The position numbers and the translations under genes are program-made. Below the pieces are notes generated by a model. That model did no database searches. It saw nothing but the letters and a program-made list of their open reading frames with translations, and had not been told where the DNA came from. 29,030 nt of DNA from a virus. Lineage: Duplodnaviria > Caudoviricetes. Location: IMG/VR virus record IMGVR_UViG_3300033067_000093, positions 1-29,030 of that record, one strand, 5' to 3'. Below are positions 7,126 through 16,584 of the stretch, piece after piece (positions within the stretch are counted from its first letter, which is position 1; the number at the start of each line of letters is the position of its first letter).

Positions 7126-7592
7126 AGGATTACTCCTGTAAAGTAGCCACGTAGGTACTCAGCAAGGGCTGAGGACTGGGTGTACTTGAAGCTGAATGCA
7201 TAAGATGCTGGCCAAAGTAAACCAAGGGCTAATCCGAATGGCATGATTGGGAAACCAATCATAATACCCTTGATACCCATGCACACCCAACTATATAGTG
7301 GGGTTTGAATGTTGCCTTTATACCAAGGCAGCACAAGATACTTTTCGATCCACTCGGCATTTGGATCATTGATGTTCGCACCTTGCATAGCAAAGAAGCG
7401 ACCGTGGCCTGTAGTCAGGCCGTAAAGTGTTACAAGCGCCAGAGGCGCGAAGTACAGTCCGTACAGATGATACGCGCCGTAGCCCATAGCTACAGTGAAA
7501 GCGATTATTGCAAACAAGCGTAGCACTGCCCACCCGCCAATTCCGTGTGAACGGCCAGCCGCAGTGAGCAGTGCGATATAGAATAATGCCAT
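7104..7592 (-). CDS. Multi-pass membrane protein of unknown function
   Basis: 162 aa, very hydrophobic and aromatic-rich, with a TTGHGRFF motif. TAATG coupled to the tail fibre. Confidence 0.75.
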   Translation of the reverse strand: MALFYIALLTAAGRSHGIGGWAVLRLFAIIAFTVAMGYGAYHLYGLYFAPLALVTLYGLTTGHGRFFAMQGANINDPNAEWIEKYLVLPWYKGNIQTPLYSWVCMGIKGIMIGFPIMPFGLALGLLWPASYAFSFKYTQSSALAEYLRGYFTGVILCLSLLT

Positions 7593-9211
7593 TAAGCGAT
7601 TACCTTACCAGAAATACCAAGAGTGCTGTATGAACCAGCGCCGTACCATGTTTGTGTACCAGTACCAGAACCCAGTTCCAGCATAGCTAGATAGTTAACA
7701 CCTACAGCGGGTAAAGCCTCAATGCTTGCAGTGATCCCAGAACCGCCCATATAAGTGCTGTTGTTCTGCGCCGCGTTTGATACCGAGCTACTTGGAGAAG
7801 TGGTATTGTTCAATCCGATACCAGCTTGCATGATGCGGTTTGTTGCATCTCCGTTGAAAGCCTGAGCCGTGTAAACGGCGCTAACCGAATCTTCAGCAAC
7901 ACCAATAACGAAGTTAAGTTGGTTTGCCGTGTTTGCATTTGCCTGTCGCCATGACACGTTCGATGAATATGTCCACGAGGATGCGGACTCTCGACGTAGC
8001 ATTGGACGAGCAACGCGGTTATAGTAATTCCACAGGTAACGGTTTGCAACGCTATCTTCAGTTGTAGTAGTGGAAGTTGTTTGGAAAGTTCCAAGATAAC
8101 GACGAGTTGAGTCGCCGGACTTAACAAGAATACCATCTTGGTAGGCTAGTGCAGTTGCACGAGCAGTCGTACTTGTCCATGCAAGAAGTTCAAGCGTTGG
8201 CGTACCTGCATTATTATAGCAGAATACATCATAAGGACGACCGGAGATTAACGTACCAAGGGCGATAGAAATCTGCCCCGTAGTGAAAATGCTCCACACA
8301 CCACCAGTCTGTAATGCAATCTGATTACCTTTGTACGGAGTACAGTATAATGTGGTTGCAGCGGTGACATCCGCAGTAGTTACTGGCGTATTACTTGTCA
8401 AAGTGAGTCGGAAATCTTGTATTTTGCCAACAAGGTTAGCTAGTACGAAAGCAGTTGATGCTGCTTGGGTAGTATTTGTACCGGGCGCTGCTGTAGGAAC
8501 AGTAGGCGTTCCTGTAAAGGCTGGAGACGCAAGAGGAGCAGCTCCGAGGGCTGTACGACCAGCAGAGGCATCTGCCGCACTTAGCAGGGATTGCCCAAAA
8601 GCGGTTAGCCCGCTGATACCCAATTGGGTTTTCAGATATGACAAAGAGCGCCGGATAAATTTGGTAGCTGAAGTGCTCCAAAGTAAAGAGTCATCTTGAG
8701 CTTGAGTTCCAGTAACATCTAAGTATAGGCCGTTGCCAGCACCACCAGAGATGTTATTGAGTTGATTGAATGTGACCGCATCCTGCGGATCAATACCATC
8801 AACGAGATTCTTGATCTTGTGAACACCCATGTTAAGGTCTTGTTGGAAAGCCGAAGTGAATCGACCATCGAACAGTTCATGAATTGCCATGAGGTTCTGT
8901 TTATTGCTTTCGTCAAGATTTGATTCTTCGATAGCCTCACCATTCGCGTAATCGTGAATGAGGGCAGTCTTGACAATAGTGCGCTTGAAGACAACAGGTT
9001 GTCCAGCGGGAATTAGACTTGCGGCAGGTTCTACAGTGACCATGCCATCGTTGATCCACGTCAGGGTACGATAGACGGGAGCGCCAAGGCCATCGACTTC
9101 ATTGTTTACCTGACAGGTAACTTCATTACGGTTGTTAAAGCCGAGGGTGAAGTTGATGGGGAAGGTATTCGAGCTACCTGTAGCGGTAGTCTGAATAATA
9201 CTAAACGCCAT
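7592..9211 (-). CDS. Tail fibre protein (T7 gp17-like N-terminal anchor)
   Basis: 539 aa. gp17-type N-terminal domain, LNMG.HKIKNL.DG..PQDAVT neck motif, APLASPAFTGTPTVPT fibre repeat and a beta-rich C-terminal domain. Confidence 0.9.
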   Translation of the reverse strand: MAFSIIQTTATGSSNTFPINFTLGFNNRNEVTCQVNNEVDGLGAPVYRTLTWINDGMVTVEPAASLIPAGQPVVFKRTIVKTALIHDYANGEAIEESNLDESNKQNLMAIHELFDGRFTSAFQQDLNMGVHKIKNLVDGIDPQDAVTFNQLNNISGGAGNGLYLDVTGTQAQDDSLLWSTSATKFIRRSLSYLKTQLGISGLTAFGQSLLSAADASAGRTALGAAPLASPAFTGTPTVPTAAPGTNTTQAASTAFVLANLVGKIQDFRLTLTSNTPVTTADVTAATTLYCTPYKGNQIALQTGGVWSIFTTGQISIALGTLISGRPYDVFCYNNAGTPTLELLAWTSTTARATALAYQDGILVKSGDSTRRYLGTFQTTSTTTTEDSVANRYLWNYYNRVARPMLRRESASSWTYSSNVSWRQANANTANQLNFVIGVAEDSVSAVYTAQAFNGDATNRIMQAGIGLNNTTSPSSSVSNAAQNNSTYMGGSGITASIEALPAVGVNYLAMLELGSGTGTQTWYGAGSYSTLGISGKVIA

Positions 9212-9239
9212 TTCTTCTCCTTTAGCGTATGAGTTTATA

Positions 9240-9260
9240 TACTAGGTACGAAGTGAATTA
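9240..9260 (-). promoter_or_regulatory. Phage RNAP promoter (copy before tail fibre)
   Basis: TAATTCACTTCGTACCTAGTA, identical to 20656-20676 and 24373-24393. Confidence 0.9.
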
Positions 9261-9261
9261 G

Positions 9262-9292
9262 AAAAAGGAGGTGAGCATTACTGCTCACCGCC
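9262..9292 (-). terminator. Rho-independent terminator
   Basis: GGCGGTGAGCA-GTAA-TGCTCACCTCC-TTTTT. The GUAA loop contains the stop codon of 9278..13024. Confidence 0.75.
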
Positions 9293-12200
9293 CGTTTTCG
9301 CTAGACTATTCAACAATTTCACCGACTCGCTCTCTCCATTGTCTTTTGGAGGCTTCGGGAGCTTGTCTTTGCCATCAACCTTGACAGGTTTAATTGGCTT
9401 GGGTTCTTTAGGTGGCGCTGGCACTTTTGGTGCTGGCGGCTCATCCTGTTGCCCAGTGATAGCTTTATCCGCTTCGATCTGCCCTTTGGTTCGAGCCGAA
9501 TCCTTAAGCTGGTTAAAGATATAGGTGAACCCAAGAGCATTCCCGATTAACGGAGTGGCTTGGATAGCGTTGATGTCTGATTTCGTGTATTCCCCGGTCA
9601 CGAGGTGCTTGTATCCGATAGGAGCCATAGCAAGGCGCGACAGAGTCGGGAACATAGGAGGAACAGGAATCAGAGGAGACCCACCGCCGTATGTACCGTA
9701 GTTGTTAATCTTGTAGTCTTGGAGACCTGTCATCTGTGCGACCGGATCAATGAAAGAAGGAATCACAGAAGTCATATTGCTCAACTGGAATGCACCACGA
9801 GCAATGTCTTCTGCATCGAGCTTGTCATCACGGCCAGCGATAGCCTGACGTGCAGTATAAACCGCAGCGGCAGTACCAAGGCCATAAAGAAGTCCCGTTG
9901 CTGATACTGTATCCATGATACGAGCATTCCGTAGCAGTTGCTTCTGGAGAGACAGCATCGTGAAGTTCTTGAGGTGCATCAGCATTGCACCAGTATCCTT
10001 ATGCATCCATAAAGAGTCTTCACCCTTTAAGGCACGTTGCACAACTTGGCTGGTGTGGCGGTTCAGCACGTTCACGAATTCCTCGAAGTCATTAGGATTC
10101 CACTTCTCAGGATTCAGTGCCTTGATCCCACCATCAGCATCGTATTCGATAGTACCATCTTTGAAGTACTTTCCGATACGCTCTGAGGCTTTGGGACTAA
10201 GACCCATATCTTCGAGTCGGCGGTCACTTATCAGCTTGCCCTCGTTGTACATCTCACCGAGACGGTGCATCATACCACGAATCGCAATCCGTTGCTGTAG
10301 CTGCTTCACGTAGTAGAAACCAGTGACGTAGCCTTGCAGTCGTTGACCTTTGGAACCCATACGATCAAGCCAATTACCAAGCTCACTATAGTGGCCGGGA
10401 TCATTACGCATCTGGTCGAGCATGAGGTCTTCACGAATGGCCATGTGTTCACCGTCGATAGGTGCAAGCCATTTGCTGAGTTCACGCATAGCTTGGTTGT
10501 TACCTTTGCCAGCGAGCATCTCTTGTACTTCTTTACGAGCGGTTTGGATGAACACTTTCACGCCCATCGCAGCGATGTTCACTCCGGTCTCTGCAAGCTG
10601 TGTCAAGCCGAGGCTGTTCAGCAGTGAGAGGTTCGTAAGTTGGTTCGCACGACGAACCCAAGGGTTCAATCCACCAGCAATTGCACCACCACTAAAGTGG
10701 GAGTACATGCCATCGTAGAAGTCGTCTGGAATATGTTGCTTACCCGTCTGTCCAACTTCGTCGTCTTTAATAGCACGAACGATGTCTTTCCAATCGGCAC
10801 GTTGAATGCCATGACGGGCGAGTGCAGCAGCACCAGCTACCTGACGAGAATACGCAGTGTGTACTCGAACCACGTCTGTATCAAGCAGATCGTTGATCGT
10901 GTAGTCTGTACCATGAATTTTGGTACGTGCGTCAATGTCAGTACGTTTCTTCACCGAGGAGATGTTCTTGCTGTCCGCTTTAGAGGCTTTCAGCTTTTCG
11001 ATCACCTTCTCTGCGATCTCTTTCTTGATCCCATTGTCCATGAGCATCTGAGTAGCGAACTCCGCACCTTCTTGGTCGAGTAAGCGTTTCACGTTCGTGT
11101 CGATACCACGTTCCTTCGCAATCGCACGACGAGTGATCGCCTTTGCCATTGCCATAGCCGTTTGGTCATCCCAACCGTGAATCTCTTTGTATTGCTGTTG
11201 AAGGGTACGTTCAATCACACCACGAGCGTCTTTGATTCCGTCCTCAGTCATGCGACGAATCATCGCCGTTACTTTCTGGCCAGACCAACGCTGTGGGAAG
11301 TACCCGGATTGTGTCTCAAGGTTCTCAGCACCACGTACCGAAGTTTCGCCAGTACGACCGCGCAGGATTTCCTGAGCACGGGCATAAGCGTTATCGGCAT
11401 GGTCTGCGAACTCTTTCACAGAGGATAGAGTATCTGGATGCGAACCACCATCATGGTAGCGGCTATCCATCTCTACTTTGAATTCTTGGTTGAACTTGTC
11501 TCGCAATGCCGGAGTAGCTAGTGCCTCAGCAGTAGGTACATCAGACTTGCGTTCTTTGAGCCACTTGTTGAATGCTTTGTCGTAGTTCACGTTCACGTCA
11601 TGTGAGATGTTCGATAAATACATATCGTGCAGCAGAGCAGCGGAACGGTTATTACGAACAAGCCCAACAGGAGACTCAAGCAATTTGAATGCCAGAGCAC
11701 GAGCTACAGGAGACGGGCTATTCCACAGACGATCAAAGTCTGCGGCGTATGGAGTCTTCTGGATTGCATCATACATCTTCCGAGCAGCACGGCCTGAGCG
11801 AGTGTTCGGGAACGAGAAGTCCCCGGCAGTACCCAATCCATTTGCTTGGTTGAAGCGTACAGCTTCGTCCTTAAGGCGTTTGCCTTCTTCGTTCAAGTTC
11901 GCATACGGGTCGATCTTCGAGCCAGAGGTGCTAGATGCACCGACTGAGTCGCCTTCACGATCCAATAAGCGTTTGTTCTTCATTTCTTCAATACGCTGGT
12001 CAGCCAGCTTGTCCATCTTCTCTTTGATCACGGCACGTTGTGCATCATCTTCCGGCAATGCGTCATGCTGTTTCTCAAGAGTGGCCATCTGTTCTTCAAG
12101 ACCCTTTACGTTCTCACTGACCTTTGTTTGTTCCTCGACAGTAGCACGGTGTGCTTCCATATCGAAGGTTGTATCTTGCGGTTGAGAGCTAGTGTAATCA

Positions 12201-13024
12201 CGAGTCCCGGCTTGGCCATCAGCAACGCTCTCTGCAAAGTCCTTGCGGAGATTAGCAGCCGATGCGTTTACTTGTTCTTCAAGTGAGAGCTTCTTACCAC
12301 GCAAAGCGCCAGTAGCCGTACCGAAGATCAGACCTCCCATCGCAGCTTGCGGGATGTCTGTCCAGTCGCCTGTAGGCGAAGTAACAGCACGTCCAGCACC
12401 AACGATAGTACCTGCTTCGAGACCTGCTAACCCTGTGCTTGCAGCACGGCCAACACGACCGAGCTTGGCGGCTTGAACGCCGACTTTCGCTTCTAGATAC
12501 GAACCTCCTGAGAGGAACGTGATCGGAGCGTCAAGATCGACGATACCACCGAGCATGTAACCAGCGTATCCCTGAGCACCAGAGTGCGCTAGGATGTTCT
12601 GGTCGCGGAGATCGGATTCGATCTCACCTTTTAATTGTTGCGCCTCGGACAAGGAGCGAACCCCTTCAAAGCGAGTCCAGTATTGACCGGGAATGCCTTG
12701 CTTCAATGTCTCGAAGTGGTCATCCAGATTGAAGTTCGGGTCGCTTTCCATAAGGTGTCGATCCGCCCAGTTCCATCCGGAGTATGCGAACGTACCACGG
12801 AAGCCTCGCTTCGCTTGATCCCAAGTCGATAGCTGGTCAACCGCAGTACGTTCGTTACCATGTTCTTCTTCGGACTGTGGCCCGATGAGGTTGACATCCG
12901 GAACAGACACGCCAACATTCTCACCCGCAGCGAGACGCTGTTCGCGTGTCAACTGTGGAGCGCCGGATGCTTGGGCAGCATCGGCGTTGATTTGATCTTC
13001 TAATGCAGAAGTATTGTTATCCAT
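9278..13024 (-). CDS. Internal virion (ejection) protein, gp16-like
   Basis: 1248 aa, helical, third internal-protein gene before the tail fibre. YFPQRW motif. Confidence 0.85.
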   Translation of the reverse strand: MDNNTSALEDQINADAAQASGAPQLTREQRLAAGENVGVSVPDVNLIGPQSEEEHGNERTAVDQLSTWDQAKRGFRGTFAYSGWNWADRHLMESDPNFNLDDHFETLKQGIPGQYWTRFEGVRSLSEAQQLKGEIESDLRDQNILAHSGAQGYAGYMLGGIVDLDAPITFLSGGSYLEAKVGVQAAKLGRVGRAASTGLAGLEAGTIVGAGRAVTSPTGDWTDIPQAAMGGLIFGTATGALRGKKLSLEEQVNASAANLRKDFAESVADGQAGTRDYTSSQPQDTTFDMEAHRATVEEQTKVSENVKGLEEQMATLEKQHDALPEDDAQRAVIKEKMDKLADQRIEEMKNKRLLDREGDSVGASSTSGSKIDPYANLNEEGKRLKDEAVRFNQANGLGTAGDFSFPNTRSGRAARKMYDAIQKTPYAADFDRLWNSPSPVARALAFKLLESPVGLVRNNRSAALLHDMYLSNISHDVNVNYDKAFNKWLKERKSDVPTAEALATPALRDKFNQEFKVEMDSRYHDGGSHPDTLSSVKEFADHADNAYARAQEILRGRTGETSVRGAENLETQSGYFPQRWSGQKVTAMIRRMTEDGIKDARGVIERTLQQQYKEIHGWDDQTAMAMAKAITRRAIAKERGIDTNVKRLLDQEGAEFATQMLMDNGIKKEIAEKVIEKLKASKADSKNISSVKKRTDIDARTKIHGTDYTINDLLDTDVVRVHTAYSRQVAGAAALARHGIQRADWKDIVRAIKDDEVGQTGKQHIPDDFYDGMYSHFSGGAIAGGLNPWVRRANQLTNLSLLNSLGLTQLAETGVNIAAMGVKVFIQTARKEVQEMLAGKGNNQAMRELSKWLAPIDGEHMAIREDLMLDQMRNDPGHYSELGNWLDRMGSKGQRLQGYVTGFYYVKQLQQRIAIRGMMHRLGEMYNEGKLISDRRLEDMGLSPKASERIGKYFKDGTIEYDADGGIKALNPEKWNPNDFEEFVNVLNRHTSQVVQRALKGEDSLWMHKDTGAMLMHLKNFTMLSLQKQLLRNARIMDTVSATGLLYGLGTAAAVYTARQAIAGRDDKLDAEDIARGAFQLSNMTSVIPSFIDPVAQMTGLQDYKINNYGTYGGGSPLIPVPPMFPTLSRLAMAPIGYKHLVTGEYTKSDINAIQATPLIGNALGFTYIFNQLKDSARTKGQIEADKAITGQQDEPPAPKVPAPPKEPKPIKPVKVDGKDKLPKPPKDNGESESVKLLNSLAKTGGEQ

Positions 13025-13039
13025 TTGTCATCCTTGTTT

Positions 13040-15904
13040 CTAGTCACCCATATTACCGCCACCAATTAAGGCAGGGCGTAGGTTGATGCCTTTCTTCGAG
13101 GCATCGGGTTTCAGCACGTTGATGTTGTACACTGCGCCGATGTCTGTCGCCGGGACAAAGATCGGACGGTTCAACATGAGCGTCTTATTGTAGTCTTGGT
13201 ACAGGTCGATCTTCACCGATTTGGTGACGGGATCGTACTCTGCATGATACGGTGGCAGACCCTTGTACGCATTACGGATCGTATTACCGATAGCTTCTGT
13301 CGAAGGCTGAGGAATCGTTCCTAGTTGGAACGGTAGCTCGTAGCCATGATAGCTGCCATCTGGGTTACGCGCCCATACTTGCGTTGCATCGAAGTCTGCG
13401 CCCCAATGGTTCTTACCTTGTGTACGCATGTACTCGTCAATGGCCGCGCCTACTACGTTACCGTTAGTGGCGGTGATACCCATGTCTTGACGAATGGTGG
13501 ATTGCTTACCGCTGACAAGAATGTTACCCTGCACCATCTCAACACGAGGCTGTAGGTTCTTCATAGCTTGCGCTACGGCGAGGTCAGGATTCTTACCGAG
13601 GTCTGGAGATACCGTCATCACGTTCAACGTCTCTGCTTTTAGCATAGCGAGGAAGCGAGGATCAGATTTCGCAGAAGCAATCTGCCAATCCGGTACGTCA
13701 CTATAGTTCTGTGCGTTCTGGCTCCCGAAGGTAGCGAAGAACTGTGGAGTCATTTTATCCACGGCTTTCGATACCACATCGTTCAAGTCTTTCGGACTGA
13801 TCGACGGGGTGGCAGCTACGCCATCACCAGCTTGTTGCTGTGCCATCTGTGCAGCAGTCATGAGCGCCTGTTCGGAGTTCAGATTGCCAGCATCCAGAGA
13901 TTCAGCACGAGTGATCAAGGCTTGAGTTGCCGGATCGCTGATGTACTTGTTGGCGTAACCCGGAGTGGCATTCTTCGATAGCCACAAGTAATCCTTGTAG
14001 GCATTGAGAGCACCGTCTTTGAGTTGGCCTTTCGAGTCGATCAGTTGACCAGCAAGCGAGGCTTGCATTTGGTTCGACCATACAGGGTCAATGGCATTAC
14101 GTTCGATGAGGAACTTGCCATGAGCTTCCCGGACTTTATCATTCTGCTGCTCCGTGGTTAAACCCGGTTCCGCAGCCACCGCAGCAATAGTCTGAGCACG
14201 GTGTTCTTCGATAGTCTTGTTCTGTTGGTCGGCAGGAAGTGTCTGATACAGGCTGGAGCTATTCATAGCATTCGAGCGCAGTAACTTCGCATCACGTTCC
14301 TTCTGTTGTGATTCCACACCAGAGGTTACACGAGAGGCCATCGACTTCTTCCACTCGTCAGAGTAGCCATTCTGAGCAGCTACACGAGCGATGTCATCAA
14401 GCCGAGCAGGAAGGTTGCCTTCCGTCTTCGCTTGATTCTCGATGGATTCTTCGGTAAGGATGCGAGTCTTATCGAACTCCTGCGATTTCTTTTGTTCAGC
14501 TTGGCGGCTTGCGTCAACAGCAGTTGTGATCTGTGCTGCACTGTAACCGTTAGCTGCTAGGTTCTTAATCATGGAGGCTTCGCTTACCATGCCTTGAACA
14601 GTTTGCGTCAGAGGGGTAGCACTGTTGCTATCCGTGTCGAGCTTGTTCAGGCGTTGTAGCCAACCATCCAGATACTTTGCTTTCGTAGGATCGTTCTGTG
14701 CGATCTCGATGTAGCGTTCACGACGAAGCTGAATGAGCTTCTTTGCGTCTCCACCGGATTTAGCAAGAGCGCCTTTCATCCAGCCAACACCTTGGTTGAC
14801 TGCACCATCGAATGCAACAATAGCTGTATCAGCATTTAAGCTTCCAGCACCAATTGCATCCCAGTACTTCTTGGAGTACGTGTCTTTTGCAATAGCTTTA
14901 GCACCTTCAGTATCACCCGCATCATACGCAGCTTTCATGAGCTTGTATTCTTCTGGGTTAGCTTCGCTATTGATACCGTACAGGGTCGGGCCTTTGCCAC
15001 CATCATTCGATACGAAGCCGCCCTCGACCTGAGCCACGAAGCTCATGGCCTGTGCCTTTACTTGATCGGCAGGAGGTAAATCTTTCGACGTGATCAGAGC
15101 TTGTTGTACATCGCTGCCAGCAACCGCATCACGCAGTCGGAAATCTTTCGCATCCATCGTAAGTTTAAGGGCGTTCGTTACCGCCTCCCGATGACGCTCC
15201 GGCGATAGGCCGGACATCTGAGGGTTCAGTATTTCACGCAGGTGGTCAAGGCTTGCACCGTTCGTGCTGGACTCCGGATCGGTCTTCAGACCTTCCGATA
15301 CGAGCATGTTGGTGTAGCTGTTGAATGTCTCATTCTCACGCCAACCGTTGTGGGCTTTCGTCTGAGCTTCTACGAGCTTCGGCATTGTATCTTCCGCCGA
15401 TGCTGCGAGCAGTTGCTTCACGAACGGATCAGAACTGGAACTGATCTTATCCGACATCTCCGAGTATGACTTCGACAACTTCTGGCGGTACGCCGAAGGG
15501 TCAAGAGTCTTGTCGTTCGTGTCGATCTCAGTCAGAGCGTTCTGGTAGAAATCGTTTGCACTCGCGCGGACATTCATAGTCATGAATCCACCGAGGGTGT
15601 ATTTGTTGCCAGTAGCGCGAATCTCGTCTTCGGTCTTACCTTGCGCGTAAGCAAGTTTACCGTCGAGTTCCCACTGGTCTTTCTTCTTCTCTAAGTAGTC
15701 GTTGTAGATCGTCGATGCCTTGCCTAGCAAGTTAGCGATAGCACGTTGACCGTCCCCGATGTGCGAGGTGTCATAGCTGGCTACGCCGCCAACGCCACCT
15801 CCGCGAATTGGGGTGGGAGCGTTGAATACACCGAGCTTGGGTGAAAGCGGGTCTTGCACTACCTCGCGGGTAGCACTGCCGAATTTACCTTGTTCATTAG
15901 CCAA
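13040..15904 (-). CDS. Internal virion protein, gp15-like, with inserted GH108-type peptidoglycan hydrolase
   Basis: 954 aa, TTG start after AGGAG. Internal EGGF..D.G...T.YGI / YW / AFD.AVNQG / R..RY / GW..R motifs. Confidence 0.85.
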   Translation of the reverse strand: MANEQGKFGSATREVVQDPLSPKLGVFNAPTPIRGGGVGGVASYDTSHIGDGQRAIANLLGKASTIYNDYLEKKKDQWELDGKLAYAQGKTEDEIRATGNKYTLGGFMTMNVRASANDFYQNALTEIDTNDKTLDPSAYRQKLSKSYSEMSDKISSSSDPFVKQLLAASAEDTMPKLVEAQTKAHNGWRENETFNSYTNMLVSEGLKTDPESSTNGASLDHLREILNPQMSGLSPERHREAVTNALKLTMDAKDFRLRDAVAGSDVQQALITSKDLPPADQVKAQAMSFVAQVEGGFVSNDGGKGPTLYGINSEANPEEYKLMKAAYDAGDTEGAKAIAKDTYSKKYWDAIGAGSLNADTAIVAFDGAVNQGVGWMKGALAKSGGDAKKLIQLRRERYIEIAQNDPTKAKYLDGWLQRLNKLDTDSNSATPLTQTVQGMVSEASMIKNLAANGYSAAQITTAVDASRQAEQKKSQEFDKTRILTEESIENQAKTEGNLPARLDDIARVAAQNGYSDEWKKSMASRVTSGVESQQKERDAKLLRSNAMNSSSLYQTLPADQQNKTIEEHRAQTIAAVAAEPGLTTEQQNDKVREAHGKFLIERNAIDPVWSNQMQASLAGQLIDSKGQLKDGALNAYKDYLWLSKNATPGYANKYISDPATQALITRAESLDAGNLNSEQALMTAAQMAQQQAGDGVAATPSISPKDLNDVVSKAVDKMTPQFFATFGSQNAQNYSDVPDWQIASAKSDPRFLAMLKAETLNVMTVSPDLGKNPDLAVAQAMKNLQPRVEMVQGNILVSGKQSTIRQDMGITATNGNVVGAAIDEYMRTQGKNHWGADFDATQVWARNPDGSYHGYELPFQLGTIPQPSTEAIGNTIRNAYKGLPPYHAEYDPVTKSVKIDLYQDYNKTLMLNRPIFVPATDIGAVYNINVLKPDASKKGINLRPALIGGGNMGD

Positions 15905-15917
15905 TGTAATCTCCTGT

Positions 15918-15951
15918 AAATTAAAGTGGGCCAGCCCGAAGGCCAGCCCAC
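15918..15951 (-). terminator. UUCG hairpin terminator/attenuator
   Basis: GTGGGCTGGCC-TTCG-GGCTGGCCCAC followed by TTTAATTT. Confidence 0.75.
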
Positions 15952-15957
15952 GTATGA

Positions 15958-16584
15958 TTATCCAAACCGGAACTGCGATTCGAGATAGTCTGCGCCGCTG
16001 CGGATGTTCCGCTTCAGGTAGTCTAGCGTCGATTCATTGGCGGTGCTTGCACCAGCCGATGCGGGAGTGGACGTAGAAGGTGTAGCTCGATCACCCATTC
16101 CTTGCTTGCTCCCCATATAGGAAGCCGCAGCACTAAGCAAGTACGAGCCGAGCTTAGGTGTGGGGATGTAGCTGTAGTCTTGGGCATTAGCTGCTGCCTG
16201 TGCCGATTGTTGCCGTTGACCTGCGAAACTCAGGTTAGAGTTCGTCATGTCATTCTGGCGTTGGCGTTCAGCTACGGCGGCGCTGCGATTGATGTCAAGT
16301 TGAACTTGATTCACCGAGCGACCCGTTACCCCTGCCGCTGCTGCGGATACTTCCGCTTGTGCTACGGACAGGAGGTTCTGCTGTTTAATGCCTACAGCCT
16401 GATCACCAAAAGCCTCATTGGTTGCGATCTGATTTTCGGTGATGACGTTTTGAGTCGTCGCATCCGATAGTCGAGCCATCGCATTCTTGTAGGCTTGATA
16501 GGCTTTCTGAGCTTTGGCATTCGCCTTGTCAGCACCGTACTGGCTTAATGCTTGTGCAGCCATTAAAGCTGCCATCCAAATCAT
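15958..16584 (-). CDS. Internal virion protein, gp14-like
   Basis: 208 aa from MIWMAAL (TAATG overlap with tail tube B). Ala/Gln-rich with an AAAAGVTGRSV motif. Confidence 0.85.
   Translation of the reverse strand: MIWMAALMAAQALSQYGADKANAKAQKAYQAYKNAMARLSDATTQNVITENQIATNEAFGDQAVGIKQQNLLSVAQAEVSAAAAGVTGRSVNQVQLDINRSAAVAERQRQNDMTNSNLSFAGQRQQSAQAAANAQDYSYIPTPKLGSYLLSAAASYMGSKQGMGDRATPSTSTPASAGASTANESTLDYLKRNIRSGADYLESQFRFG

Noticed and set aside
8852-8861. Partial promoter match CGAAGTGAAT inside the tail fibre gene
   Set aside because: Only 10 of 21 nt, within coding sequence; compatible with chance.
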